Positions 1-9,957 of a stretch of 64,000 nt of DNA are shown here, piece after piece; the first letter of the stretch is position 1; every line of letters starts with the position of its first letter. A model generated the notes under the pieces. The model saw only the letters and a list, made by a program, of their open reading frames with translations, was not told where the DNA came from and ran no database searches. A program made the translations under genes and the position numbers. Source of the DNA: Escherichia phage mio; the sequence record MN850631.1. The stretch is one strand, 5' to 3'.

Positions 1-811
1 TTGTAGTGTAAACATGGTCGATACCATTGTCAAGAAGGTTTTCAACACCTTTAGAGAAGATACCATGTGTTACATAGAGTTCCACACGTTTTGCACCTGC
101 TTCACGTAGGTGTTTTGCTGCTTCTATGAAGGTTCGACCACCATCACAGATATCATCCAAAATCATGACGGTTTTATCTGTCAAGTCAACATCATCAAGG
201 ATTCGCATACCAGTGATTTCACCAGTCTTAAGGTTGCGTACTTTAGACATTGTGATGTATGGTTTATCCACCTCTTTAGCGGTCTCTGCAATCTTCTTAG
301 CAGCACCTGCATCTGGGGCGACTAAGTAATCAACCAGTGGGTCATTTGCATAGTGGACTGCAATTTCCTTTTGAGGAATACTCTGGAAGCAGTTAAACAG
401 GTTATCTGGTACATAACTGTGAGGGTCAACTGCACAGACTGCATCAAAACCCATTGCATTAACCTGTTGTGCAAACACTTTCAAAGCTGCTGCATCACCT
501 TTAAACATGTGACGGTCGTAACGTGCATTTGGCAAATAGTAAAAGATAGCAGTCTTCATAGCAAACTTATGAGGTACTAAATCATCAATTGCTTCTTTAG
601 CAAGTGCCACAGCAAATAATGTGTCTTTGTCATAACCCTTTACAATCATAATCACGTTGTTGATGGATGATGCAGCATAAGCAGTAAAATCAACAAACTC
701 TGGTGAAAAATGTCCACCAATCTCACCAGAAGGAAATTGGACGATGTTAAACTCTTCTTCATGAGTCCCTTTAGTTGGTGAATGAACTGTAACACGGATA
801 GATGTTTTCAT
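1..811 (-). CDS. ribose-phosphate pyrophosphokinase-like protein (PRPP synthetase / type I phosphoribosyltransferase fold), C-terminus beyond window start
   Basis: Minus-strand ORF starting at ATG 811..809 (MKTSIRVTVHSP...), open to position 1; PRPP-binding-type loop VMILDDICDGGRT and DPHS motif resembling Prs DLHA; read by eye, not in ORF track because it lacks a stop in the window. Confidence 0.55.
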   Translation of the reverse strand, partial: MKTSIRVTVHSPTKGTHEEEFNIVQFPSGEIGGHFSPEFVDFTAYAASSINNVIMIVKGYDKDTLFAVALAKEAIDDLVPHKFAMKTAIFYYLPNARYDRHMFKGDAAALKVFAQQVNAMGFDAVCAVDPHSYVPDNLFNCFQSIPQKEIAVHYANDPLVDYLVAPDAGAAKKIAETAKEVDKPYITMSKVRNLKTGEITGMRILDDVDLTDKTVMILDDICDGGRTFIEAAKHLREAGAKRVELYVTHGIFSKGVENLLDNGIDHVYTT

Positions 812-826
812 AGTTTTCTCTCTCTC

Positions 827-1105
827 TCAATCAAAAGTTACGTTTGTTACTGCCATTGCAGATTTGCATTTTACAGGGTCTACAACGTGGTAAAGTACAC
901 TACAGTTACCTGTGCTGTCTGGTACAGGTTTTACCCATTGATGCTTTATAGTTGGCTCTCCTAAGTCTTTGTAAGAACCATCCGTAAAGTTGTTTACCAT
1001 CTCAAGTGCAATTGGTTCTGGAACATGACCACGTATCATGTACATCTCACAACCATTACCACCTTCACTGACTAATGGTAAAATCTCCCACTTTTCTTTA
1101 GCCAT
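827..1105 (-). CDS. hypothetical protein
   Basis: 92-aa ORF co-oriented and tightly packed with neighbours. Confidence 0.4.
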   Translation of the reverse strand: MAKEKWEILPLVSEGGNGCEMYMIRGHVPEPIALEMVNNFTDGSYKDLGEPTIKHQWVKPVPDSTGNCSVLYHVVDPVKCKSAMAVTNVTFD

Positions 1106-1613
1106 TGTAAGTTGCCCTATAAACTATCTCGAACTTCAACAGGAGAGATATTGCCAAATCTGTATAGTTGTTGTCAAGCACATCTGGCATATTATTTTTG
1201 ATATATTTCTCTTGTTCTTCGTAGGTCATCTTAGGGGTACTTAGGAGGCTATCTCCTTGCTTCTGGTTATCAGCTTTAGTTTGGATAAACCAGTTTGCAC
1301 AGTGATGCTCACCACCCTTTGTAACAGGTTTGTGGTGGCCTAATGTAAATGTTTGCTTACCTGTATACCTGCAAAGATTGTTCAGTGTTGCAATAGTGTT
1401 CTTCACAACACACCATTCATACAGGTTATCTATTGTGTAGTGTGGGTAATAACGGACAAGTGCTCTTTCACGGTAGTTATCACGATTCCAAAGAACCATA
1501 TGATTAGAATTTGAAGGGTCGTATTGGTGGGAGTCAATGAACTCTTGACGTTCCTCAAAGCTGAGTCTTAGAACTGACATTGCAGCCGAACGTTTCAGGT
1601 TTGACAGATACAT
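1098..1613 (-). CDS. hypothetical protein
   Basis: 171-aa ORF, 8-nt overlap with downstream gene. Confidence 0.45.
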   Translation of the reverse strand: MYLSNLKRSAAMSVLRLSFEERQEFIDSHQYDPSNSNHMVLWNRDNYRERALVRYYPHYTIDNLYEWCVVKNTIATLNNLCRYTGKQTFTLGHHKPVTKGGEHHCANWFIQTKADNQKQGDSLLSTPKMTYEEQEKYIKNNMPDVLDNNYTDLAISLLLKFEIVYRATYNG

Positions 1614-1664
1614 TTTATCTCCAAAATAAAAAGGGAACCTTTACAGTTCCCTTATAGTATCTGT

Positions 1665-1985
1665 TTACTGAGCTACTTTCAAGATGCTTGTGAATGAAAT
1701 CTCACTCTCATCCATAAACTCTTTTGCTTCTCCAGTAACTTTCACAAAGTTATCTAGGCAGATAATCTTCTTATCCTTCTTGCTGTAGGTTAGCTTAACC
1801 TTTTCAATATCTTTCTTAGAGTTTTTCTCTTCATTAAAGAGCTTCACAGCTTCTTTAAATGGTAGATATGAACCGTCATCATCGCTGATAAAACCTGTGC
1901 CACAATAGTAGAAGTTGTATTCTTTAGCCATAAACTGGCACAGTACGAAAATCTGTAATTTGCGAGTGTTATAAACTTTGCTCAT
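1665..1985 (-). CDS. hypothetical protein
   Basis: 106-aa ORF in minus-strand gene train. Confidence 0.4.
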   Translation of the reverse strand: MSKVYNTRKLQIFVLCQFMAKEYNFYYCGTGFISDDDGSYLPFKEAVKLFNEEKNSKKDIEKVKLTYSKKDKKIICLDNFVKVTGEAKEFMDESEISFTSILKVAQ

Positions 1986-1987
1986 GA

Positions 1988-2245
1988 TTATTTAGCCTTC
2001 TTGTTACGTTTACGGTTACGAGCTTTCTTAGCTGCTCGTTTAATAGCTGCTGCACCAGACGGACGGTGGGCTTGTTTCTTACCACCTTTGCCACGGCCTA
2101 CATAGATACTCTTCATAATCTCATTAGCCAGCTTCTCATCCATCTTAAAGTTCTGCATAAGATGAGTCACATCAACACCAGTGAGCATACCTAATGAAGC
2201 TAGTGCTGCTTTTACTTTTGATTTAAAGCTATTCCAGATTCCCAT
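1988..2245 (-). CDS. hypothetical basic protein
   Basis: 85-aa ORF with Lys/Arg-rich C-terminus (KKARNRKRNKKAK). Confidence 0.4.
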   Translation of the reverse strand: MGIWNSFKSKVKAALASLGMLTGVDVTHLMQNFKMDEKLANEIMKSIYVGRGKGGKKQAHRPSGAAAIKRAAKKARNRKRNKKAK

Positions 2246-2368
2246 TTCGTATCTCTCTCAATCTTTTCAAAAATGTTTTAAGTCCTTCTTCAGTGACACC
2301 AACGGCTAAGTTTGTTCTGTAGAGCATTGTAAAGTGGCCTTTACCGATAACCTACTTTACAACGAGGT

Positions 2369-2854
2369 TTATTCTGCTCTCCACTGACAATCACCTTGCC
2401 ACCCATACTCTTTTCTCCAGAGGTTTTGATTATCAGAACCACGATACGGTTTAACTGTTGGTTTAGATGAATCATACTTACCATCAATCACCACGTCAAC
2501 ATATTTCATCACATCTAGGTGAATTTTTTCGTGTAACTGAAAACCTGTCCATAGCCAGATAGACTTCTCTGGGTAAACAGTTTTAATACGTTTGCATATG
2601 TTGGTAACCTCTTGAATATTTCTATCATCCAGAGGTTCTCCACCAAGTATCGACAACCCACTGACAGCATTATCACCCATTAGCTGGATGATTCCGTAGA
2701 GGTTTGCATAAGTAAATACTTTACCAGCATTAAACTTCCAAGACTCCCTGTTAAAGCAGCCTTCACAGTGATGCTTACAACCAGCTACGAAGAGGCTTAC
2801 ACGAACCCCTTCACCATTAGCTGTATCAAATGGTCGAATCTCCATGTAATTCAT
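2369..2854 (-). CDS. nrdG: anaerobic ribonucleotide reductase activating protein (radical SAM)
   Basis: 161 aa; Cys cluster CKHHCEGCFN typical of the NrdG radical-SAM site; sits near nrdD. Confidence 0.7.
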   Translation of the reverse strand: MNYMEIRPFDTANGEGVRVSLFVAGCKHHCEGCFNRESWKFNAGKVFTYANLYGIIQLMGDNAVSGLSILGGEPLDDRNIQEVTNICKRIKTVYPEKSIWLWTGFQLHEKIHLDVMKYVDVVIDGKYDSSKPTVKPYRGSDNQNLWRKEYGWQGDCQWRAE

Positions 2855-2913
2855 CTAGTTACCTCGCCAATACATATAAACGCTCTTTAAACCTTTTCTT
2901 CGAATTGTTTTAC

Positions 2914-3309
2914 TCATTCAAACACCACCTGACAGGGAACCTGTTTAGTAATAAACTCTTCGCAGTGCTCTTTAATGAAGTTTTGTAATGGCACACAGTC
3001 TTGTGCACAAGTCATTAGCATAATGTACTCTGGATTCATAATGTTTTCAAGACTGTAGAAGACAATATCGTTAGATAGTTCATGACCGTCTTCTTCAGAC
3101 CAAGTTCCAGTGACTACAGCTAATTTGTCAAGCAATTCATTAGGCAATGCTACGCCATCTTCTACAGAATCACTTAGAACATTGTCGCCGATATACAATG
3201 TGAAGGTTGTGTGGAATGTTGAGTACCTTACGTGATTCTTTTCGCAAGAGCCACACTCTGAGGCATAATCCTTAATCCACTCTAACTGTTTTTGGCTCAA
3301 CTTAATCAT
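2914..3309 (-). CDS. hypothetical protein
   Basis: 131-aa ORF between nrdG and nrdD. Confidence 0.4.
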   Translation of the reverse strand: MIKLSQKQLEWIKDYASECGSCEKNHVRYSTFHTTFTLYIGDNVLSDSVEDGVALPNELLDKLAVVTGTWSEEDGHELSNDIVFYSLENIMNPEYIMLMTCAQDCVPLQNFIKEHCEEFITKQVPCQVVFE

Positions 3310-3506
3310 AATTTCACCTTAGTCGGTAATGCACTGAATGCTATAGATAACCCTAAAAATGGTTTGAAGCATGACCATAAATCCATCTGACCATTATATG
3401 ATAAATTCCATTGTGGGTCTGAAAAACCCCATACCATAGCACTAACCCCAAAGAAGAAGATTATAGTGCGGAGTATGTATATCATCGTTTTTGATATCTT
3501 AAACAT
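3306..3506 (-). CDS. small hydrophobic protein
   Basis: 66 aa, hydrophobic core ILRTIIFFFGVSAMVWGF. Confidence 0.3.
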   Translation of the reverse strand: MFKISKTMIYILRTIIFFFGVSAMVWGFSDPQWNLSYNGQMDLWSCFKPFLGLSIAFSALPTKVKL

Positions 3507-3608
3507 TTTAACTTATCTCTCAATTCACAATAAGAGAGTCCTAAAAAGAACCCTAGTAAGACAGAACCTATGAACAACCCAATAATACTCTCTGCCATAT
3601 CTAACATC

Positions 3609-3650
3609 CAATAAAAAGGTGATGTAAGCCTACCAAGACCCACATCACCT
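3609..3650 (-). terminator. rho-independent terminator downstream of nrdD
   Basis: Inverted repeat AGGTGATGT (3617-3625) / ACATCACCT (3642-3650) with 16-nt loop; on the minus strand the stem is followed by TTTTTATT. Confidence 0.5.
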
Positions 3651-3657
3651 TGTCAAG
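3646..3657 (-). promoter_or_regulatory. conserved CACCTTGTCAAG box (minus-strand TTGACAAGGTG, -35-like)
   Basis: Same box recurs at 18907, 59637 and (opposite orientation) 21696; TTGACA followed 18 nt later by TAGGCT on the minus strand. Confidence 0.3.
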
Positions 3658-3659
3658 TT

Positions 3660-5804
3660 TTACATAGAGACTCTATCACGAATCTCAGCAATTTTTGCAT
3701 CGTTCATTCGGGATTCGCCTTTAATCTTAGTCCATCCAAGATACCCGCACACCCTGTTAATCACAGAGATATCGTGTGAATGACAAACCTCACATTCTTC
3801 AACATCAGCCTTTGGCCTGTTACCACAATGTTCACAGATTGCTAAGTCAAAGTTAAGTCCCTGATAGAAACCTTTCAACATCCCTCTTGTAATACAACTT
3901 TTAAGTGCTGTTAAGTTTTCTGGGTTAGCTACCCTGACATACTGGATTCTCCCACCTCTACAGATATGGAAGAATGGCTCTTCTAAGTCCTGCTTCTCAA
4001 ATGGTGAGATGTCTGCTGCAACATTCATATGGAAACTGTTTGTAAAGTATTCCTTATCAGAAACACCTTTGATAACACCAAACATATCTCTGAACTGTTT
4101 TAGCTGAGTTCCGCAAAGTGATTCTGCTGGAGTACCATAGACGGCGTATAAGAAGCCATCTTCATTTTTAAACTCTTCAGTTTTCATGTTGATGTATGCC
4201 AGAACATCGTATGCAAAACTACAGCTTCCAACTTCATGAAGTCGTTTACCTTCAGCAAGAACAGATAGCTCATCGAGCGCAGTAACACCAAAAGAAGCTG
4301 TGAAGGACTTCACGATATCCCAGCCAACCTTGTCAGTAGGTTTCTTAGTTCCTTTGTACAGACCACCTTGTGTGAATGCAAGAGGGTTAGAACTTGCTGG
4401 CATATTAGCAATCATTTCGTAGCGTTTCTTGTGGAAGCTGCGAATCATCTCTAGGTACTTATCAAGCTCTTTCCAGAAATCTAAACCATTCTCTTTAGAA
4501 TACTGGTAAATCATCGGTAAGTTCAAAGATACAGCACCAATATTAGCACGACCAACGTAGAACTCTTCTCCATTCTCGTTAAGATATGGGGATAAGAAAG
4601 CTCTGCAACCCATCGGTGAAATTACCTTGCCAGAACGCTCAAAAGCCTCTGCTACAGCACCATGACCAGATACGCTTAAGAAATCTGGATACATTGCTTT
4701 AGAGCAACACTCAATAGCTTTACTGTACAGGTGACCTTGACAGATATTTTCATCATGTCTCTTCTGGTCGTAGATATAAACAAGTTTAGGGAATACAACA
4801 GGTTTTTTGCTCTTACCTTGTCCATTCATACGAACATCTAGGAGAGTACTTGCAATCATGTATTGTAGTCGGTTGTCTTCATTAGACATATCTGAGTCAA
4901 GTAAACCAAATGTTAAAGTTGTGAATGCAAAATCACCACGGCTGCAAGGTACAGTATTTAGCTTCATCTCTAGTGACTGGAAGCCTTGAGTTAATTCAAT
5001 CTGTAGCTGCTCCATGACATAGTTATGGTAATGTTCTTTAGGAATACCATAAGATGCTGCTTTCTCAGCATGATAGCGTAGAGACTTCTTAGCATACGGT
5101 ACGAGTACCTTGTCAATCTCTGCTAAAGTAAAGCCACCAAATTGCTGTGCAGTTGCTGAAAGAACTACGTCACCAATAACCTGTAAGGCCGACAGTACAG
5201 ATTTTGGTTCACAATATTCGATGCCAGACATTTCAAAGCCACCTTTCAGGACTTTACCAATGTCAAACAGGCAACAGTTGATACCACCAAAAATTAGGTC
5301 TCTTAAGTCATGGATGTAGATAAACCCTTTTTCAATGTCTTCAAGTTCCTCTGGTGTTAAATGGTACTGTTTAAAGATTTCTTTAGTCAGATAACCACGA
5401 ATAATTGAACCTTTTGTAGAAATTAAACTGCTGTCAAAGTTAGCATTTTCACGGTCACCTAAGAAGAGTGTGTCTTTAGTCTTTTGGTAAAGCTCATCCC
5501 AATTTTGAGCAACCTCTTTACGGTAATTTCTGTATGTTGAGTAAGACTCATAAATCTCGTGATTAACTTCTGCCAAAGCACCCTCAACAATACTGTGAAT
5601 ATCATTTACTGAAATGAGTAAATTATTCTGCTTAGTGGATTTTACCAGAATCCTCATAAATGCTGACTCAAGAGCTTGGGTAACATCTGGTGGAAGTTCT
5701 TTATATCCAACCCTGTTAGCTGATTTAGTTACTGCTGCTAAAACTTTTTTGATATCAGGTTCTTCAAGTGAGCCGTTCTTTTTAATAATCTGTACTTTGT
5801 TCAT
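3660..5804 (-). CDS. nrdD: anaerobic ribonucleoside-triphosphate reductase (class III, glycyl radical)
   Basis: 714 aa; C-terminal Zn/Cys cluster CEHCGN...CEVCHSHD followed by glycyl-radical motif RVCGYLG. Confidence 0.85.
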   Translation of the reverse strand: MNKVQIIKKNGSLEEPDIKKVLAAVTKSANRVGYKELPPDVTQALESAFMRILVKSTKQNNLLISVNDIHSIVEGALAEVNHEIYESYSTYRNYRKEVAQNWDELYQKTKDTLFLGDRENANFDSSLISTKGSIIRGYLTKEIFKQYHLTPEELEDIEKGFIYIHDLRDLIFGGINCCLFDIGKVLKGGFEMSGIEYCEPKSVLSALQVIGDVVLSATAQQFGGFTLAEIDKVLVPYAKKSLRYHAEKAASYGIPKEHYHNYVMEQLQIELTQGFQSLEMKLNTVPCSRGDFAFTTLTFGLLDSDMSNEDNRLQYMIASTLLDVRMNGQGKSKKPVVFPKLVYIYDQKRHDENICQGHLYSKAIECCSKAMYPDFLSVSGHGAVAEAFERSGKVISPMGCRAFLSPYLNENGEEFYVGRANIGAVSLNLPMIYQYSKENGLDFWKELDKYLEMIRSFHKKRYEMIANMPASSNPLAFTQGGLYKGTKKPTDKVGWDIVKSFTASFGVTALDELSVLAEGKRLHEVGSCSFAYDVLAYINMKTEEFKNEDGFLYAVYGTPAESLCGTQLKQFRDMFGVIKGVSDKEYFTNSFHMNVAADISPFEKQDLEEPFFHICRGGRIQYVRVANPENLTALKSCITRGMLKGFYQGLNFDLAICEHCGNRPKADVEECEVCHSHDISVINRVCGYLGWTKIKGESRMNDAKIAEIRDRVSM

Positions 5805-5852
5805 TATTGCCTCTTTACATGCTAAAAAGGTCTCCGAAGAGACCCTTTCATT

Positions 5853-6059
5853 TTAAATCTTTTTAGAAAACTTTGAAAAGAGTTTTCTTAGTTTTTCAGT
5901 GATGCCTAACTGTATCTCTAAGATTTCAAAGATAACCCATAGTAACATGACTCCAAACAACAAACCTTGTTTAAAGTCAGTAAATAGGTTAGCAATAAGC
6001 ATACCAATTACAATAACTGGTGCATCAATAACCAAACCTTCCCAAAGGCGTTTAAGCAT
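5853..6059 (-). CDS. small membrane protein
   Basis: 68 aa with two hydrophobic segments. Confidence 0.35.
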   Translation of the reverse strand: MLKRLWEGLVIDAPVIVIGMLIANLFTDFKQGLLFGVMLLWVIFEILEIQLGITEKLRKLFSKFSKKI

Positions 6060-6294
6060 TATTCACCTCTGCCATAAAATTCTGTAGTGTCCCAACAGGT
6101 TTTAGGTTTTGTCCATCAGTTTTCATGATGAATGGCATCTGACGAACTGGCATCTGTGCAATGTCCATTAGTTCCGATAGCTCATAGTCCTGCCCTAACA
6201 TTCTCACAACATGGTCAATACCACGAGCTTTTGCAAAATTCTTTGCAGTCTCACACTGAGGGCATCCAGTTTTGGAGTAAATTACATAAGTCAT
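6052..6294 (-). CDS. glutaredoxin-like protein (NrdH-type)
   Basis: 80 aa; N-terminal YSKTGCPQCETAK redox CxxC motif; immediately upstream of nrdB/nrdA. Confidence 0.6.
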   Translation of the reverse strand: MTYVIYSKTGCPQCETAKNFAKARGIDHVVRMLGQDYELSELMDIAQMPVRQMPFIMKTDGQNLKPVGTLQNFMAEVNNA

Positions 6295-7427
6295 TAAGGA
6301 ACCTCTAAAAATCCACTATTCAAATCATCTACAACAGTATTCAACAGGTACGCACCGTTCTGTTGCTCCTGATTAGCATTCTGCTCTTTATCAATTTCCA
6401 TCTTCTTAATCATGTACTTCAAAGGTGGTTCTTTAGGAGCTACAAAGTCTCTTTGAATGCCAAACATGTCATACAGTGGGGCAGCATTATAGTAAACCCA
6501 CTCATGAAGAAGCTTTGTATTTAAGCCAACTACAGCACGTCCTTCGGAGAAGATATAATACGACCATTTCTCTTCACTTTCAACTACTTCATCTAGGATT
6601 ACTTTAATCTCTGGAAGAATTTGTTGAAAAGCTTTCTGCCACTCATCATCTCTTAAAGTTTCTTTTAAAACTTCAATATCAATTTTAGTGTGAAGGATTT
6701 CGTCAAGCATAATCTTCTGGACAGCTTGAGCAATACCCTGAAATTTATCTTGAGCATCAAGTGCAAAGGTACATGCAAAGGATGCCATAAAAGATATACC
6801 TTCCAGTGCAGTCACTGCAAATAGACCTTTCAGAATCACTTTATGGAAGTGTAAAGGGTCTTTGTCCAGAAGTGAGTCACGCACATAACTCAGTCGGTAG
6901 TTTATACCTTCATCCAGTAATTCTTCAAGAACACGATTCACAGTTTTTAATCGGTCTTGCACAGCAACATTCTGGTTAATCTCATCTAAGATTGTTTCAG
7001 GGTTTTTAATACATTGCCTTACAATCTCTGAGTAAGTAAGAGCATGTAGGTTTTCAATCTCAGACTGCTTCATAATTGCAGTTGCATAAATGTCATCAGA
7101 GATAAAGGGTGCAAAGGCAAATGCCAAGCTCTTAGCAACTTGAGTATCTGCTTCCCATTGCCACTTAAGAATCTCAAGCATTACACCTGACATTGATGCT
7201 GGGACACTCTCAAAATCAAGACGTGATTGTTCAAAAGGGAACTCATCTTCTGACCAGTCTTGTGCTTTTTGTTGTTTATAAAGTTCAAAGATTTTCGGGT
7301 AGTGCTTATTAAGAGAGTCAAAAGTTTTTCTCTCACCACCTAAAAAGATTGGGTGCTGGTTAATCATAGCGTGATTTCTCCTTTCTTTATCATTTCTGAG
7401 GCTTGTTTTCTGTCTAAAACTTCCCAA
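6294..7427 (-). CDS. nrdB: ribonucleotide reductase small subunit (class I beta)
   Basis: 377 aa; position next to nrdA and overall R2-like helical sequence with conserved E/H/Y-rich core. Confidence 0.75.
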   Translation of the reverse strand: MGSFRQKTSLRNDKERRNHAMINQHPIFLGGERKTFDSLNKHYPKIFELYKQQKAQDWSEDEFPFEQSRLDFESVPASMSGVMLEILKWQWEADTQVAKSLAFAFAPFISDDIYATAIMKQSEIENLHALTYSEIVRQCIKNPETILDEINQNVAVQDRLKTVNRVLEELLDEGINYRLSYVRDSLLDKDPLHFHKVILKGLFAVTALEGISFMASFACTFALDAQDKFQGIAQAVQKIMLDEILHTKIDIEVLKETLRDDEWQKAFQQILPEIKVILDEVVESEEKWSYYIFSEGRAVVGLNTKLLHEWVYYNAAPLYDMFGIQRDFVAPKEPPLKYMIKKMEIDKEQNANQEQQNGAYLLNTVVDDLNSGFLEVP

Positions 7428-7687
7428 TTTTCTTTGTTAAACATCTCATAAGGTCTTGCGTAGATTTTACCATCTGCTGTAGAGATGTAAGAGATACCAG
7501 CAACCCATGAGTCATCCTTTTGTTTTATCATCATATCTGTGCTACTCACATAGTACATCGTTTTCCGAGGCTTGTGGAGCAAGTATATAGGTCGCTCATG
7601 TTCTTCTATTAAGTCTTTCATGGTCTCTCCAAAGTTATTTTTAGAGGGTCTTTTACGACCCTCGTAGTTATTAAAACTAAACACCAC
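7364..7687 (-). CDS. hypothetical protein
   Basis: 107-aa ORF between nrdA and nrdB; true start may be an internal Met. Confidence 0.35.
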   Translation of the reverse strand: MVFSFNNYEGRKRPSKNNFGETMKDLIEEHERPIYLLHKPRKTMYYVSSTDMMIKQKDDSWVAGISYISTADGKIYARPYEMFNKENWEVLDRKQASEMIKKGEITL

Positions 7688-9911
7688 AACCCTCGCAATA
7701 AGCGTCTTGCAGTGCAGATTTACCTACACCAATGCGACTGTTAAGGTAGTACATGGTTTTCATACCTACTGAGTTGGCATAAATCATGTACTTCAAAGCT
7801 TGAGCCAATGATACCTTCTTAGACTTTGCATAGTCAACATAGAAGTCTGAAGAGATAGCTTGACCAGTGAACTTTTGAACAATTGCATAGCAATCAATCA
7901 GGTCAAAGGTGTCAATATCCCAAGCAATTTCATAGACATACTTTAACTCTTCGTAATCTGGAACAATAAACAGTACGTTACCAGTTGCAGACTTTTTAGT
8001 TAAAATAAAGTCACGAATTGGGTACAAGCCATTTGTTGTATTGGTTGCCAGTGAAGAACTCTCATTAGGCATGTAGGCTTCTAATACAGAGTTACGGATT
8101 CCGCCATTCTCTTTGATACGTTGTGCTAAGTCATCCCAATCATAACGAAGTTTTGCATCATGCTTCTCATCAATCTTCCTGTTAGCTGTCTTCGGAGGAA
8201 CCCAACCTTCAGGATACTTAGTGAACTGCATATACTCAGGTACACCACGTTCTTTAGCAAGTCTTAAAGAGGCTTCGTGTAAGTAGTAAGAGTGCATTTC
8301 AGCAAGCTCATGAAGCTTAGTCTTACCTGCTCTTGAAGAGTAGTTCACGTAGTTTTTTGCAAGGTAATGAGCCACATTTGTAAGGCCAATCCCAACAGAA
8401 CGACGCTTCTGAACATGGTTACGCATCGACGGATACGGATAATCCATAAGGTCAATAACGGAGTCAACCATTGCAAGAGCATAATAAGCAACGTCAGCGT
8501 ATTCATCTTCTGAAATTCTCCCTGCAACCAAACTAGCTAGGAAGCAAAGAGCTACCTCACCATCCTCTTTTACAGCATCATCTCTGTAAAGGTCTGTTTC
8601 TTTCTCAAAGCCGTACACTGGCAACACAATTTCCATACAAAGGTTTGACATCTTCAAAGGTTCTTTAAATGGTGTATGTGTGTTTGCATTATTTGTGAAG
8701 AATGGATACACACGGCCTGTTGCATAACGCTGCTGGATAAACAGTTTAGCAATTTCACGAGCCTTTACTCGTCTGTGCTTAACACCTGAATGTACTGCAT
8801 GACCAACTGCCATAGCAAACTCATCAGCAGATGCTGTGTAGAACATGTCATAGAGCTTTGGTGCATCCTTGTAAGAGAATAACAACCAGTCTGTATCATA
8901 TTGAACACACTGCCAGAAGTAATCATTTGTACCAAATGAGTAGTCCATCTCGTTAATACGTTTCGAAGGAACCGTTGTAGGGTGCTTCAAACGCAGTAAA
9001 TCTTCAATCTGTGGGTCTAGAGCAGTGTAGAAGTTGTTAGCTGAACCACCACGACTCTTCTGTTTGTTTGCCTCTACAGATGAACGTACAAGCTTGTAAT
9101 AAGGTAGTTTACCCATGTGCTCAATAGTATTTTGACGGATACCATCACCGATAGTGCGAGTCTCCATCAGCATACCAATACCAGCTTGCTTTGTAGTCAT
9201 ATCATAAGCTACCTTTGCAGCAATACCAAGTGACTCAGCAGTATCATTCGCCTTAATCAAGCAGCATGACGCATAACCTGATTTAGTGGCTCTTAAACCA
9301 TTCAGATAAGGCGTAGGAGCGTTAATCTTCAGGTCAGATAGATAAGTGTACAGCTTGATAACATCTTGCAGTCTACGGTGCTTTGGTTGCTTCTCAAAGG
9401 CTTTCATAGCCATACCCATAAACATAAATTGTGGTGACTCAAAAAGTCTTCCAGTTTTAATATCACGGATACCATACTTGTCTCTGAACTGTTTCAATAC
9501 TGCATAGCCGTAAGAGATATCTTTTGAGTGTACGATGTAACCTTGCAGATATTCAAGCTCTTCCTGTGAATAGTCCATCTTCTCCCAAAGTCCCGCTCTC
9601 TCCATATTTTTAACGAAGGTAACCAGCGTAGGAACCTTAGTAAAGCCTCCAAAGGCTTCTTTGTAGATAATCCCTAGAAGTAGCCGTCCAGCCATAGCTG
9701 AGTGCTCTTGAGTTTGTTTATCAACACAAACATCAATCATGGCTTGGTGCATCTCTTTTGTAGTGCAACCCTCATAGACACGTTTCAAGGCTTCCATAGT
9801 GACTTCTGACCAGATAATACCATGCTTATCTGCCCATGATGCCCACTTATTCGGTCTTTCTGGGTCAAAGCTTACTACTGTACCGTTTGATTTTTTAATT
9901 GTCTTAATCAT
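7677..9911 (-). CDS. nrdA: ribonucleotide reductase large subunit (class I alpha)
   Basis: 744 aa; C-terminal redox-shuttle cysteines (...YCEGCGV) and RNR-alpha-like core. Confidence 0.85.
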   Translation of the reverse strand: MIKTIKKSNGTVVSFDPERPNKWASWADKHGIIWSEVTMEALKRVYEGCTTKEMHQAMIDVCVDKQTQEHSAMAGRLLLGIIYKEAFGGFTKVPTLVTFVKNMERAGLWEKMDYSQEELEYLQGYIVHSKDISYGYAVLKQFRDKYGIRDIKTGRLFESPQFMFMGMAMKAFEKQPKHRRLQDVIKLYTYLSDLKINAPTPYLNGLRATKSGYASCCLIKANDTAESLGIAAKVAYDMTTKQAGIGMLMETRTIGDGIRQNTIEHMGKLPYYKLVRSSVEANKQKSRGGSANNFYTALDPQIEDLLRLKHPTTVPSKRINEMDYSFGTNDYFWQCVQYDTDWLLFSYKDAPKLYDMFYTASADEFAMAVGHAVHSGVKHRRVKAREIAKLFIQQRYATGRVYPFFTNNANTHTPFKEPLKMSNLCMEIVLPVYGFEKETDLYRDDAVKEDGEVALCFLASLVAGRISEDEYADVAYYALAMVDSVIDLMDYPYPSMRNHVQKRRSVGIGLTNVAHYLAKNYVNYSSRAGKTKLHELAEMHSYYLHEASLRLAKERGVPEYMQFTKYPEGWVPPKTANRKIDEKHDAKLRYDWDDLAQRIKENGGIRNSVLEAYMPNESSSLATNTTNGLYPIRDFILTKKSATGNVLFIVPDYEELKYVYEIAWDIDTFDLIDCYAIVQKFTGQAISSDFYVDYAKSKKVSLAQALKYMIYANSVGMKTMYYLNSRIGVGKSALQDAYCEGCGV

Positions 9912-9957
9912 TTTCGAATCCTACAGATGAAAAGAGCCTCCGAAGAGGCTCCCTAGT

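Noticed and set aside
110-580. Plus-strand ORFs 110..325, 126..329, 353..580
   Set aside because: Antisense to the PRPP-synthetase-like minus-strand gene, which has recognisable motifs.
4807-5856. Short plus-strand ORFs inside nrdD (4807..4989, 5110..5319, 5614..5856)
   Set aside because: Antisense to a 714-aa conserved enzyme gene; no independent signals.
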